DNA from: an uncultured Methanosarcinales archaeon
GTDB lineage: Archaea > Nanobdellota > Nanobdellia > Woesearchaeales > CAYSVS01
NCBI GenBank assembly: GCA_964589485.1
Contig: CAZPRK010000001.1
Span: 48,369-112,368, forward strand
Length of the DNA: 64,000 bases
Direction of reading: 5' to 3'
Made by a program: the position numbers and the translations under genes. Below are positions 9,001 to 16,015 of this stretch, in pieces. Under the pieces are notes generated by a model. That model had not been told where the DNA came from, made no database searches, and was given only the letters and a program-made list of their open reading frames with translations. The stretch's first letter is position 1, and each line of letters begins with the position of its first letter.

Positions 9001-11857
9001 CAGTATACCAACCATCATTTACACAAGAAATACCATTCCAACATTGAGTATCTTCTAAACAATATCCTCTTGGTTCATAATCTGTAGAATTATCCCACCT
9101 TTCTTTGTAATAAGTTGGTTTCCAAGATGCTTCAAAGTCAAGTGATCCCGTACTTCCAATTTCTTCTTTAACACAAACATATTGACTAAAATCGTTTGAT
9201 TCATTATTATACCCAAAATATTTACTAAACGCATCTGAATGTTTTCCATTAAAATTTAACGGAACACTTGAATAAGATTCATCATATTTAGCATAATCTA
9301 AAGGTTCAGAAATTCCTTCAACACAATAAACTCCATTCCAACAAGATTCTTTAGGACAACATCCTTTATCTCTTGATTGTGCTTCATCTAAATCAAAATA
9401 AATTTTATCTAAAGATGATAAATCATTCTTAGTATTTCTATCAATAGCTATAGCAGTTCCACTACTATCATCACTCCATTGACTTGCAGCATCAATTGTT
9501 TTATTTTTATCATCTCCATATGAACAAAAATAATCTCCTTTAACTGAACAAAAATCTTCTCCAGTATTTGGAGCACCACATTCTTTAAATTGTTTATCAG
9601 TATAGATTTTATTCAAAGGAAAATATTCAAATTTAATCAATTCATTAGGATTAGTAGTTTCAATTCCATTTTCAATTTCAATCGATTCTTTATATACAGA
9701 ACTAATTTTCATAGTACTTGCACCAGTAATTTGTATAGGTGTAACTTTTCCTTCAGAATCTAATGTAACATATTCTTCAGGAATAGAAACATAACAAGTT
9801 TCTCTTAAACAAATATCAGAAAATTCATCGCCATTTATTTTATACAACAAAGTATTATATCTAGCATTATCTAAAATAGGAACTCCATTTTGACATCCTG
9901 CATACGTTCCACCAGCAAAACTTTCTCCTTTTTCATTTCCACAACATGCATTTGTAATTTGATCTTCAGGTGAAGCAGTCCACATATACCCCGGAGTATC
10001 TAAACAAGCTGTTTTTCCAGAAACAGGATTATCCAAGTCATCAAACCATTTATAATCTGCACCACAATATGAATTTTTATTATTACTTAAAAACAATCTA
10101 TCTACAAAATATACATTTGCAAATTTTGAATTTTTCGATTTAAGTTTAACAGAATTTAATTCTTCTTCATTAAAATCATCATTTACTTTAAAAATGATCT
10201 CATTGATTGTGAATTCTTTATCGGTTGTTAATAATTCTTGTAAATTTCCATTTTCTCCAACAAAGTTAATTAAAGGAATTTTTATATGGTGCCAAGTCAT
10301 TGGTTGTTGGCCATTCTCTGAGAAACTTATTACATGATTAGGTACTTCAAAAGTTAATATTTCATTATCAATAGTTTTTCCTTTAAGTTCTAATCTTAAT
10401 TTAGAACTTCTTGCAAAAGCTAAATAAAATTCTAAATGTTCATACCCTCTCCAATCTTGAATATTAAAATTAACTTGAGAATCCGTGTGTCTTAATGGAG
10501 CAGTTCTATAATTATCTGAAAACATAAACACTCCTATTTGATTTCTTCCAGTTCCTGTTGGATCATAATTAAAATCAAATATTGTTGATAACAACTCACC
10601 TTGTCTTCTTGTTCTTTCACAAGGTAAATCTCCATTACAATCATTAACGCAATTAGCTAAATCATGCCCACAACATTCAATAAATTTACTCCCATTATTT
10701 TGTTTACTACACATAAACGAGTCTGATTTTTTATTTTCTACAGAATCTCCAACTTTAACATACTTATCAGCAACTATACCTAATTCTTGTAATTTTTTAT
10801 AATTTTGATCAATAGAAAGACCAAGTTCATCATTTTCAAAATTAATACTTTCTAAATCCAATAATTCAACTTGTTCAAATTCTTGTTTATATGGAATTAA
10901 AAAAATATCAGTACTTACTTTATTTCTATTTTCAATATTTAAAGTAGTTTCAGGTAAAAAAGTAAATCCTTCATTAACATATTCAATTACTGGTTCTTCA
11001 GTTGCAGAACTTGGTTGTTCAAAGTTAGATAATGTAGATGACACTGCAATTCCCGAAGGAACATTATCTCCATTAGATGTACATAAAAACCACTCTTCTC
11101 CATTAGAAATTATATCATTTTTAAAATTATTTACGCTATAAATATGATATTTGTTGTTAGTTGCACTACTCCATAACCATTCTTCACCATCATACCTTTC
11201 AGGATCTGGCAAAGAGTCAAAATTCCTATCAGGTAATAAACAAGCTTCATTTGAAGAAATTAAACCCAAATCACTTGCATTATCGTTCCCACAACAAATA
11301 TTATCTTTCCAAACATCAAGAATTGCACTTTCCATGTCACCAATGTCACCAGTTCCAGCTTTAGTTGGTTTTACTACTCCTGCACATTTTTGATTAAAAG
11401 TTTCAGCAGTATCTCCTGAAAATGAAGGTGGTAATGTACATTTATGTATTCCGAAATCATCCCCTTGAGCAGTACATCCAGGTAAATCAAACCTTGGATC
11501 ATGCCAAAAAGCATTATCCTTAGTACTAGGTAAAACCATTAAAGAATAATATTCATTTTCAGGAAAACATAAACGATGTAATAATCCTTTCCCATCACTT
11601 AAAAGCTTAGAATCATCAAAACAACTTACAGAACAAGTACTTTCTCCAACAGAAGCTGCACTCAAAATTCGACCAAATCTCGTTTCTTGAATCTCACTTC
11701 TTGGTTCAACATTTTCGGTACTTAATGTTCCGTTTCCATAAATCATACATTTTATACCATTTGCAGAAAAAGGATCTCCAAGTTCAGGTTCATCAGCAAA
11801 AACAAAGGTACTTAAAATAAGAAATAACACTAAATAAGTCCAAGATTTCCTCAACAC
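1..11857 (-). CDS. Giant secreted multidomain surface protein (adhesin-like), partial; more than 3,950 aa within the window, C-terminus lies beyond the window start. Not in the supplied ORF track.
   Basis: Reverse-strand translation opens with GTG at 11855..11857 and has an in-frame TAA just upstream at 11861..11863. Frame continuity was spot-checked at plus positions about 10294, 9049, 5497, 1573, 1138 and 718; all share the same frame with no stop encountered. The N-terminus MLRKSWTYLVLFLILSTFVFA-DEPEL is signal-peptide-like. Recognisable repeats: DxDxDGxxD Ca-binding, PKD (WNFGD, FDASSSSDSDGD..Y.W), DUF1566-like GGFTDWRxPT. Confidence 0.8.
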   Translation of the reverse strand, partial: MLRKSWTYLVLFLILSTFVFADEPELGDPFSANGIKCMIYGNGTLSTENVEPRSEIQETRFGRILSAASVGESTCSVSCFDDSKLLSDGKGLLHRLCFPENEYYSLMVLPSTKDNAFWHDPRFDLPGCTAQGDDFGIHKCTLPPSFSGDTAETFNQKCAGVVKPTKAGTGDIGDMESAILDVWKDNICCGNDNASDLGLISSNEACLLPDRNFDSLPDPERYDGEEWLWSSATNNKYHIYSVNNFKNDIISNGEEWFLCTSNGDNVPSGIAVSSTLSNFEQPSSATEEPVIEYVNEGFTFLPETTLNIENRNKVSTDIFLIPYKQEFEQVELLDLESINFENDELGLSIDQNYKKLQELGIVADKYVKVGDSVENKKSDSFMCSKQNNGSKFIECCGHDLANCVNDCNGDLPCERTRRQGELLSTIFDFNYDPTGTGRNQIGVFMFSDNYRTAPLRHTDSQVNFNIQDWRGYEHLEFYLAFARSSKLRLELKGKTIDNEILTFEVPNHVISFSENGQQPMTWHHIKIPLINFVGENGNLQELLTTDKEFTINEIIFKVNDDFNEEELNSVKLKSKNSKFANVYFVDRLFLSNNKNSYCGADYKWFDDLDNPVSGKTACLDTPGYMWTASPEDQITNACCGNEKGESFAGGTYAGCQNGVPILDNARYNTLLYKINGDEFSDICLRETCYVSIPEEYVTLDSEGKVTPIQITGASTMKISSVYKESIEIENGIETTNPNELIKFEYFPLNKIYTDKQFKECGAPNTGEDFCSVKGDYFCSYGDDKNKTIDAASQWSDDSSGTAIAIDRNTKNDLSSLDKIYFDLDEAQSRDKGCCPKESCWNGVYCVEGISEPLDYAKYDESYSSVPLNFNGKHSDAFSKYFGYNNESNDFSQYVCVKEEIGSTGSLDFEASWKPTYYKERWDNSTDYEPRGYCLEDTQCWNGISCVNDGWYTDKNSGSINNLDGDHFCEKGKWTTRTKVVANQLLDLAGTKYSIHCDELNKVVNSLEDVPGLEDYYNSVDKPMNNVCVLKYDKNDNGIFDVAAGVSLNDDIDTDGQILTKLNLDEELCSNVKNNGFKICNNNKKVWYDAELKTLIFSQHSEIKLQSTNLATLFTSFFKSPADAAVNFIRLFVRPINFGEEDISFVNEIKNFVRFYSAGNDKNKVFAALEQSVQKNENEIGEFLTVEYSGFNADVCDAVLKYDLQNDNVDFLCLPQEKNLKLNYNVFSYDMDAFENWLDMTAKLRLNSIEESGEEPKAVITSPIDGVSFAKDAEIYFEAEEDPNIQSYYWDFDTKEKVKGEQKGRKFSLTASNVYGDQDGYVDVTLLTITDLGEHKKTTSRICIFGDNNDENVCTPDSDRDGICDGENDGYLKECPDLSKQEILIKDGGCKCNAGPDNCPRTKNFDQTNSDEDFEPEDGVPGVTLKGDVCDDDGDNDGVDEDLDKDDTNPLVCSDIDNDGCDDCGAGVIRVVNKNNLVANELDGGSEAWPDTDRDGLCDDPEDYPSATNTDKDDDNDGVLDINDKNKDGVDYSKDIYFCGDSDEDSCDDCSFLGRFDPDQDGVDFDGDGNCDSSGKSCVNVDGDGLGKRGTNITDCEYDTYFDENDDDYTICGDFDNDGCDDCGKGIGFSITDGKVSSEHEYHPDTDGDGLCDEPLDYFNPIYPDNDDDNDGVDDENDIDPLNKFVCGDFDLDTCDDCSVAGKKDVSNDGQDDDNDGICNLGESLEYSVSPGEFKLSTLSTNVQVTANKEVTCQHDFTDFEYDSTYAKLFNGVGKNLNTNIDFTELLQANVQAYCPKELDQPFKECVSMYLGEKEDCLALDGEGEQNQCLLLRAIRNNKVDQCKDLTLDDYKDKCTGYINDDSFCTQEHIDSADNKLISSNDCVLFDAITSGNEDLCNELEDEAVEANIASERDSLAGNNEIFLSGSNPNFIGFIEIIGHTDQYRIESTLVFEDEDRNKLTKLTISPILEKDVIGNQRIIFHSVQPGLNEKQDCLGYVNEYNARCLLYCPTISPELSYSVLCKTEDNQYQGDNSRDSSTGAWEHIKLLVDYDADVKEIFDEIADVGTGTRTLQFVPSKRSLGINAFPKSEFTIEPREVLIGQDVTFTSTSTDTDGDQLIHAWNFGDNVESNDVNNVHAYDNAGIYSVFLNVIDSKGAVSSFGDEVIVNHPNRAPTAIAGLDFNVYLGNKAEFNGGASTDPDEDDELSYTWKLNGEQIMEGVNPEYIFNTLGVKEIELTVTDKEGLSSTDIIKVTVDRKPNVLPTAVFSIKSSDLVSQSDIISEGIVVTGDKVVFINNPIEFDGTSSYDNDDGNIVAYNWNFPGDVILTTSKPTFTFNEVGTYPVTLTVTDDREGSNSKTLNVQVILRPNVMPVANTGGDKNIIVGKPFEFDGGSSTDSDGEIKTYKWVFDTELEGDKPNMQGKKVSYTYLDLGEYSASLTVTDDRGGEHTDNFVVTVTNTAPIIETNNIPTTVRPDEEITFDASRSSDSDGHTLYYSWNNEPGNSIKSYSFSTTGSKNVVLTVSDDWDEVTKTFTINVANTEPVASFNHDRSNKKLNQEITFDASSSSDSDGDTLKYKWKIGNNAETSYSENSEYKYTFTEFGSYPVKLTVYDGYVTSTTTQTLSFTNENPIPKFTYSPDINQKNKLTFDASSSSDGDGDTLNYKWKIGSNVETSYSEDSQYTYIFPEFNKDYLVTLTVADDYAEIPFTETVRINNREPTVNFEINGEQKLNNEIIFDASSSYDSDGDSITYEWKINDVKQSSTTNIMKKTFSVEGDYIIKLTLDDRYTTSFYSKSLDLKNIKPVAVLKEFVNTNKKNVDITFDASGSYDPDGDKSDLEYRWDFGDDTIKDFSSDPVAKHSYSEYKNEDYHAILSVRDKYDTSNEPFDVKIFNEPPEAKVIVKPVSTLTNEEIEFDATESFDPNGDSLTYIWNFGNGPLVETENPKIKRSYPTANYYYPKLTVRDEDGLLSETKRLPTLNIINRPPVAEITFEDEIHAEEFTDIDGSNSNDPDGIIKNYDWDVQSIKYSGEDQFKVEDYSFNLPEEVEVSLKVTDDKRAKTIKTSKVRILPPLNKKPVPIVGGDITVKLGTYVFNDGSSSYDVDGKIKSYKWDFGDNRIRSEPFFRHKYLIPKTYKVTLTVTDDDDAEASASYNVNVVSDYVPGENIGRNVWDVTTASTQNTCNGLNIFCKLGEELTGKPCDSVGSIVKHESQNYKCKSNQDVIHLKQDKYHLLTTSENFEVSNKFVNCGTISIYTYENNEKKTLNSLKSGQGFVVKTSNNCAYVVDSGKLEIKNLNDGWQFVPLRSLMNVDELNQNVCRNDVFKAYTAFDGYSSSHNPPFRLGTTDLLTKSNALTQYPNLGAVVHCGLTPEEKARRERLSKLTKEDGVLVDKKHDLTWTVAKEEKTCDFKYKYGGFGCYRRFVNYCYYLKLGGFTDWKIPTIDQAKTLIGIENTDNSLLDIKFSRRNRDYVWTSGVKSKTTSGKTYKYPYKFDLKRNLNYWVTNDRFSREYGQTVCVREGAITPTELYLQKVKLNNKGSIVVNEHTNNMFTTKREENKCGTSTSNFYGCTKRNYCGDSTLGGFTDWRNPNDGEVREIFDLYVKDNSLFGINGQDRIWTKGLQKNFRNNKRYPVNVDISSSKKSGGNAISVCVRDGNDLSLGNNQNSYTMGNTQNVLNDFENNLKWSTQDKEKECSDFKNVNGRTDMCVRNFETYCNDLNIGELTDWRLPTLDEAKKIKTIEYTNNELFKISDLDEVWLKDEYFSTYSKKEFSSKYNLTTDKKLFIGSRTNKKAKTLCVHENLETFSVEISAGKGGTITPASTSVKEKSSLSVDVKSNVGYEISEVKADDVKLPTAIGNNYKHTFNNIKSNKKISATFKRTKPGFEVNSGTGGKVFIIGDTNLVGNYYEGVEGLSYDLIIQPDPGYKISKLRIDGDSLSFSDSFYSKIFTDLD
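640..1760 (-). repeat. Three DUF1566/Lcl-C-terminal-like modules inside the giant CDS
   Basis: Three copies of Cys-flanked modules with motif GGFTDW(K/R)xPT: LKLGGFTDWKIPTIDQ (about 1550), STLGGFTDWRNPNDGE (about 1100), IGELTDWRLPTLDE (about 690). Each was confirmed by direct reverse-complement translation. Confidence 0.55.
2400..5600 (-). repeat. Array of about 12 PKD domains inside the giant CDS
   Basis: Recurrent units of about 85-90 aa carrying FDAS.S.D.DGD.L.Y.W and WNFGD/WDFGD motifs. Several adjacent units are near-identical (TFDASSSSDSDGDTLKYKWKIG / TFDASSSSDGDGDTLNYKWKIG). Confidence 0.65.
6680..7810 (-). repeat. Thrombospondin-type-3-like Ca-binding Asp-rich repeats inside the giant CDS
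   Basis: Repeated DxDxDGxxDxxD with paired Cys, e.g. DTDRDGLCDDPED, DNDDDNDGVDDEND, CGDFDNDGCDDCG. The antisense strand gives a spurious His-rich ORF at 7423..7638. Confidence 0.55.
11795..11857 (-). other. Predicted N-terminal signal peptide of the giant protein
   Basis: Basic N-terminus (LRK), hydrophobic core YLVLFLILSTFVF, then A-DEPE. Confidence 0.5.
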
Positions 11858-11967
11858 CCTTTATAACCTCTTTTATATGATATATTATATTTTAATAATT
11901 AATTTATATATAAACCTTGTGATTTAAAATATAATTATTTATATAGAAATTATTTATCCTTTATCGA

Positions 11968-12654
11968 ATGAAAAGTATGTTTATAGAATTAATCAAAAAA
12001 CTGTTAAATAAAGATATTATTTCAAAAGAAGATTTAAGAGCATTAACTGAAACTAAAGATTTAACTGAAGAATTTGTAAAATGGTACAAAGATTTAGGTT
12101 TTGAAACTCTTTTTCAAAGACAAATGACATTAACCAAATGTCCATTTACAAATGAAGAAATAGAAATTGCAAAAAATAACCAAGAATTTATAATTGCAAT
12201 CCCAAAAAATATTACAGCTAAACAATTTTCTGAATTATTTAGAATTGAATCAGTTCACAATTTAGATGATAAATTAATTCAATTTACTAAAGAAACAGAA
12301 GATACTTGGGTTAAAGTTTCAAGTAAAGACATTCCTGATTTACTTAATCATTCGTTTACCCAAATTAGAAATAAATTTGAAGAAGAAAATAAAGTTGGAA
12401 TGAATCTTCCAAGATATTTAGTTTTTGTTGCTTGGTTTTATAAAAAAAACAATACATACCCTGACATGAATTATTGGAATTACTTAATCGGAAGTAAATA
12501 TGATAAATCAGGAGTAATGATAGCTGGTTTTGACGATAAAAACAAAAAACTAAATTTACATGGTTGGAAAAAAAATCATCCAAATGAAACCTGGCTTGGT
12601 GCAAGATATGCTAAACATCCAAGTAGAATTGAAGTAAGAAAAGAAACTATCTAA
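11968..12654 (+). CDS. Hypothetical protein, 228 aa
   Basis: Complete ORF diverging from the giant gene; no motif recognised. Confidence 0.45.
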   Translation: MKSMFIELIKKLLNKDIISKEDLRALTETKDLTEEFVKWYKDLGFETLFQRQMTLTKCPFTNEEIEIAKNNQEFIIAIPKNITAKQFSELFRIESVHNLDDKLIQFTKETEDTWVKVSSKDIPDLLNHSFTQIRNKFEEENKVGMNLPRYLVFVAWFYKKNNTYPDMNYWNYLIGSKYDKSGVMIAGFDDKNKKLNLHGWKKNHPNETWLGARYAKHPSRIEVRKETI

Positions 12655-13714
12655 GATCTTTAAAATAAACATTTTTACCATCTAATTTAATTTGTTCATG
12701 TGAAATTTTCACTTTCAAATCCATTTTTTTAAAATAATTATTTAACTCAAATTCATTATTTTTTTCATTTAAAAATAAATATAATTTATCTTCATAATTT
12801 ACATCTTTTTTTATTACAAATAAAAAAGGACAATTTACAATATTTCCTACATTATTAATTAATTCTTGTTTACTATACAAATCTCCAAATAATTTAATTA
12901 AATCTCCTTTCCGTTTAATAAAAGTAAAATATCCTTTTTCTAACTTAACATAATCTCCTGTAATGTATCTAACCAAATAAGTTGATTGATTAAATGGATC
13001 TGTAATAACTAAGTCACCTTCTCCTTCAAAAGATGAATTACCATCAATATCTACAACTTCATAAATTAAATTTGAAACTAATTTAAACTTATTAGAACCT
13101 GAAATTTCTTCAATTCCTATGGCTCCGAATTCACTCATCCCGAAACCATTATACACTTTAACATTAAATGTTTTTTCTAATTTTTCACGAAACCAAGAAT
13201 GCAAATATTCCCCGCCAACTATAACTTTTTCCAAAGAGTTTAATTTTAATTTATTCAAAATATTAAATGCTGTTTCAGTTGTTAAAATTGCCATTTTAGG
13301 ATTTAAACCCTTAATAAAAGCTAAATCTAACCAAGTTTTTTCAAAATCATTTCCTAATGGCAATAAAGTACAATTAAAAAATTTAGATGCATATTCAACA
13401 TCTATTCCGGCTTGCCCAAAAGAATAACTGAAATGATTCAAAAAAACACCAGATAACCCAAATATTTTAAAAATTTCAACATACCGTTTAATTATAGCTT
13501 CTTTTCCTTTTTCATCAACATAAACTAAAGATGAAGTTCCAGTTGTCCCACTTGACATTTGAATATATTTTGGAGCTAATAAACAAGTTTCAAATGACCA
13601 TTGTCTTAGATCTTGTTTTGTCATTAAAGGAAGATTTTTAAGTTCATTTAGACTAAATAATTCTTTCTTACCATACAATTTTAAAATATTATTTAATGAA
13701 TTTAAATTATCCAT
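12647..13714 (-). CDS. Adenylate-forming enzyme, phenylacetate-CoA ligase (PaaK) / coenzyme F390 synthetase-like
   Basis: MSSGTTG phosphate-binding motif (S/TSGTTG) and PaaK-like size. Confidence 0.55.
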   Translation of the reverse strand: MDNLNSLNNILKLYGKKELFSLNELKNLPLMTKQDLRQWSFETCLLAPKYIQMSSGTTGTSSLVYVDEKGKEAIIKRYVEIFKIFGLSGVFLNHFSYSFGQAGIDVEYASKFFNCTLLPLGNDFEKTWLDLAFIKGLNPKMAILTTETAFNILNKLKLNSLEKVIVGGEYLHSWFREKLEKTFNVKVYNGFGMSEFGAIGIEEISGSNKFKLVSNLIYEVVDIDGNSSFEGEGDLVITDPFNQSTYLVRYITGDYVKLEKGYFTFIKRKGDLIKLFGDLYSKQELINNVGNIVNCPFLFVIKKDVNYEDKLYLFLNEKNNEFELNNYFKKMDLKVKISHEQIKLDGKNVYFKDLR

Positions 13715-13750
13715 AAACTAAGAAAAAGTTCATATTTATAAAAATATAAC

Positions 13751-14671
13751 TTAAATATTTAATAAATCTTGACCAATAAAATCTTCTTGAAATGTTCTTG
13801 GAACCGCCTTAGCAGTATTACAAGTTTGTTTTAATCCTTCATTTTCCACAACTGAACATACTGATTTTGTTTTCATAGTACTAGCAAAAAATGCATACGA
13901 TAAATCATCTACCCATAGTTTATACATAGATTCATAATTATCTCCACTAAAAACCCTACACATATAATGTGCACCACCATCAAGCTGATCACATAATTTT
14001 TCATTATTTAACAAATAATTAACCCATGCTGCATAAGATTTACAACCTACGTCTTTACAAACACTCAAATCTCTTGAAGTTATAGCTTTACATAAATCAG
14101 TTGTACATTCTGAACTTAACTCAAAACAAGTTTGTTTTATTTCAGAAGATTCTATATTATCACAATTTAAAGAAACTAAATTATTTACATCTTGTTTAAT
14201 TTCTTCAGCTTCTTCACATTCATGTTCATTATGGTGTAAATCATTAGTTTTTAAACAAGAAATATATTCATTACTTCCTTCTTTACACTCTTCACTATAC
14301 AAATCTTCATGAGAAACTTCTACAGGAGTAACTGAATCATGTAAATAAAAGTCATCACCTAAATATTCTCTAGAAACATAGTATTCTTTTATAATGTTTC
14401 CACAATTTTCTGATGTAGAAAAAACTTTTGCCCTTAAATCAAATTCAGAATTTAACAAAACAGTTCTTTGAATTTCTTCTTTAGAATCATGAAGAATTTT
14501 TAATCCTACTGCTGCATCAGTAGTCCCACTTTCACTAAGATATAATTCTACTGCCTTTTTCTCTTTAGCATCAGCATAATTTAATTCAATAGATGATGAA
14601 GGTAAGTAAATTCCAATAAAAACTATAATTAACAGTAACCCTAAAAGAATGTAAATATTTTTTTGTTTCAC
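13751..14671 (-). CDS. Membrane-anchored, Cys-rich (about 16 Cys) acidic extracellular protein
   Basis: N-terminal hydrophobic anchor IYILLGLLLIIVFIGIY followed by an acidic, Cys-rich domain. Confidence 0.5.
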   Translation of the reverse strand: MKQKNIYILLGLLLIIVFIGIYLPSSSIELNYADAKEKKAVELYLSESGTTDAAVGLKILHDSKEEIQRTVLLNSEFDLRAKVFSTSENCGNIIKEYYVSREYLGDDFYLHDSVTPVEVSHEDLYSEECKEGSNEYISCLKTNDLHHNEHECEEAEEIKQDVNNLVSLNCDNIESSEIKQTCFELSSECTTDLCKAITSRDLSVCKDVGCKSYAAWVNYLLNNEKLCDQLDGGAHYMCRVFSGDNYESMYKLWVDDLSYAFFASTMKTKSVCSVVENEGLKQTCNTAKAVPRTFQEDFIGQDLLNI

Positions 14672-14709
14672 TTAATAATTTAATACTTTAAAACTTATAA
14701 AAGTTTCGA

Positions 14710-15663
14710 TTAGATAAAAGAAAATAATATTATCAAAACCATAGAAAATCCAAAATAAGGAGCAAGAGGTAATTCTTGAGATATTTTTAACTTTTTTATG
14801 CCCCATTCTTTTATTTCTTTTATTTCGTTATAATCTAAACCTTCACTTCCTTCAACATATAAAAGTTCATATCCAGAAGCTTGTTCTTTATTATTAAAAA
14901 AAAATATTTTATTATTCTTTCTAGCAATAATATCATGAACCATCATTCCTGGCTTTAAATCAATACTATTAACTTCATAAAAATCAGAAGTTAATAAAGT
15001 TTTAAAATAATCAAACAATAAATAAAATATGAAAGGATAAATTACCCCTCTAAATAAATAAGCACTATAATCATTCACAATTATCAAATTTATTATCACT
15101 AAAATAAAAGTAAATTTACGATAAGATAAAAATTTTCTCAAAAAAGAATTTGTAAAAAAAATGAGAGATAAAAAAAGACTAAATGCTAAATACATATAAT
15201 TATTTAACTCAAAAAAATAATTAAACCCAAAAAATATTAAAAAAATAAGCTGAAAAAAACTAAAATAAAGTAACAATATGGGTAATGAAAAAGTATTTTT
15301 TAATTCAGATATTTTATTATTATAAATTAATTTAATAAGAACTAATAAAGACGGAATTATTAGCCCTATTAATATAACTAATAACATAGGAAAGTTATTA
15401 TTAACTAAAAAAGAAGGAATTCCTAATGCATAAACCATCAATAATTTTGAATCCCCTGCTGGAATTAACCCAGACATCCATAAAAGTATTGCAAAAACAA
15501 ATGTAAAAATAAAATTAAATAAATATTGTGGTGTATATTCTGCTAAAATTAAAAATAATATAGCAAAAATAACCAAATGAACATTTTTTACTTTATGTTC
15601 CTTAATATCAGTATAAGAAGTTAATATAATAAACAACAATAAAGTTAAAATATTTAATATCAT
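14710..15663 (-). CDS. A24-family aspartic prepilin/preflagellin peptidase-like polytopic membrane protein with C-terminal soluble extension
   Basis: Polytopic membrane protein. SYTDIKEHKVKN fits the first catalytic Asp motif (D...R/H..PN) and IPAGDSKLL fits the second (GxGDxKL) of PibD/FlaK/PilD peptidases. Confidence 0.55.
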   Translation of the reverse strand: MILNILTLLLFIILTSYTDIKEHKVKNVHLVIFAILFLILAEYTPQYLFNFIFTFVFAILLWMSGLIPAGDSKLLMVYALGIPSFLVNNNFPMLLVILIGLIIPSLLVLIKLIYNNKISELKNTFSLPILLLYFSFFQLIFLIFFGFNYFFELNNYMYLAFSLFLSLIFFTNSFLRKFLSYRKFTFILVIINLIIVNDYSAYLFRGVIYPFIFYLLFDYFKTLLTSDFYEVNSIDLKPGMMVHDIIARKNNKIFFFNNKEQASGYELLYVEGSEGLDYNEIKEIKEWGIKKLKISQELPLAPYFGFSMVLIILFSFI

Positions 15664-15697
15664 AAAAAAAAGAACTTACTTAATAATTTAAAGTTTA

Positions 15698-15928
15698 CTA
15701 ATAACTGCTATGATTTGCATGATTAACATGGTGACTATGAGATGTAGAAATAGAATTATCACCAGGAGTTACTGCTACACTATTTTGATGACTAGTAGTT
15801 CCAGCAGACGCTTCTTGCGAAAGTACAAAAACTAACCCAGTTGCTATGGCTGCATCTAATAATCCTTTCTTGGATACACTTGCTTTTTCACTTTTTAAAA
15901 AAGAACTTACTTTTCTTACTAATTTCAT
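15698..15928 (-). CDS. Small pilin-like protein with putative class III signal peptide and His/Ser-rich C-terminus (76 aa)
   Basis: Basic N-terminus ...SKKG followed by hydrophobic LLDAAIATGLVFVLS. C-terminus is TSHQNS..SHSHHVNHANHSSY. Lies immediately upstream of the A24 peptidase and diverges from a radical SAM/SPASM gene. Confidence 0.45.
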   Translation of the reverse strand: MKLVRKVSSFLKSEKASVSKKGLLDAAIATGLVFVLSQEASAGTTSHQNSVAVTPGDNSISTSHSHHVNHANHSSY

Positions 15929-16015
15929 TAATTAAAAATAACAAAATCTAATTTATAAATTTTTCTATTAGTTACAACACAAAACTTAATATATACAACT
16001 AAAAGCCTAAATTAG

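Noticed and set aside
612-11393. Other short plus- or minus-strand ORFs in the track inside 1..11857 (612..797, 5523..5711, 9055..9249, 11151..11393, 11161..11364)
   Set aside because: All lie within the single long minus-strand reading frame and are off-frame or antisense. The giant ORF explains the region.
1-11857. Interpreting 1..11857 as several adjacent surface-protein genes
   Set aside because: All six spot-checked positions across 11 kb are in the same frame as the GTG at 11857 and no stop was encountered in translation. Treated as one gene pending a full stop scan.
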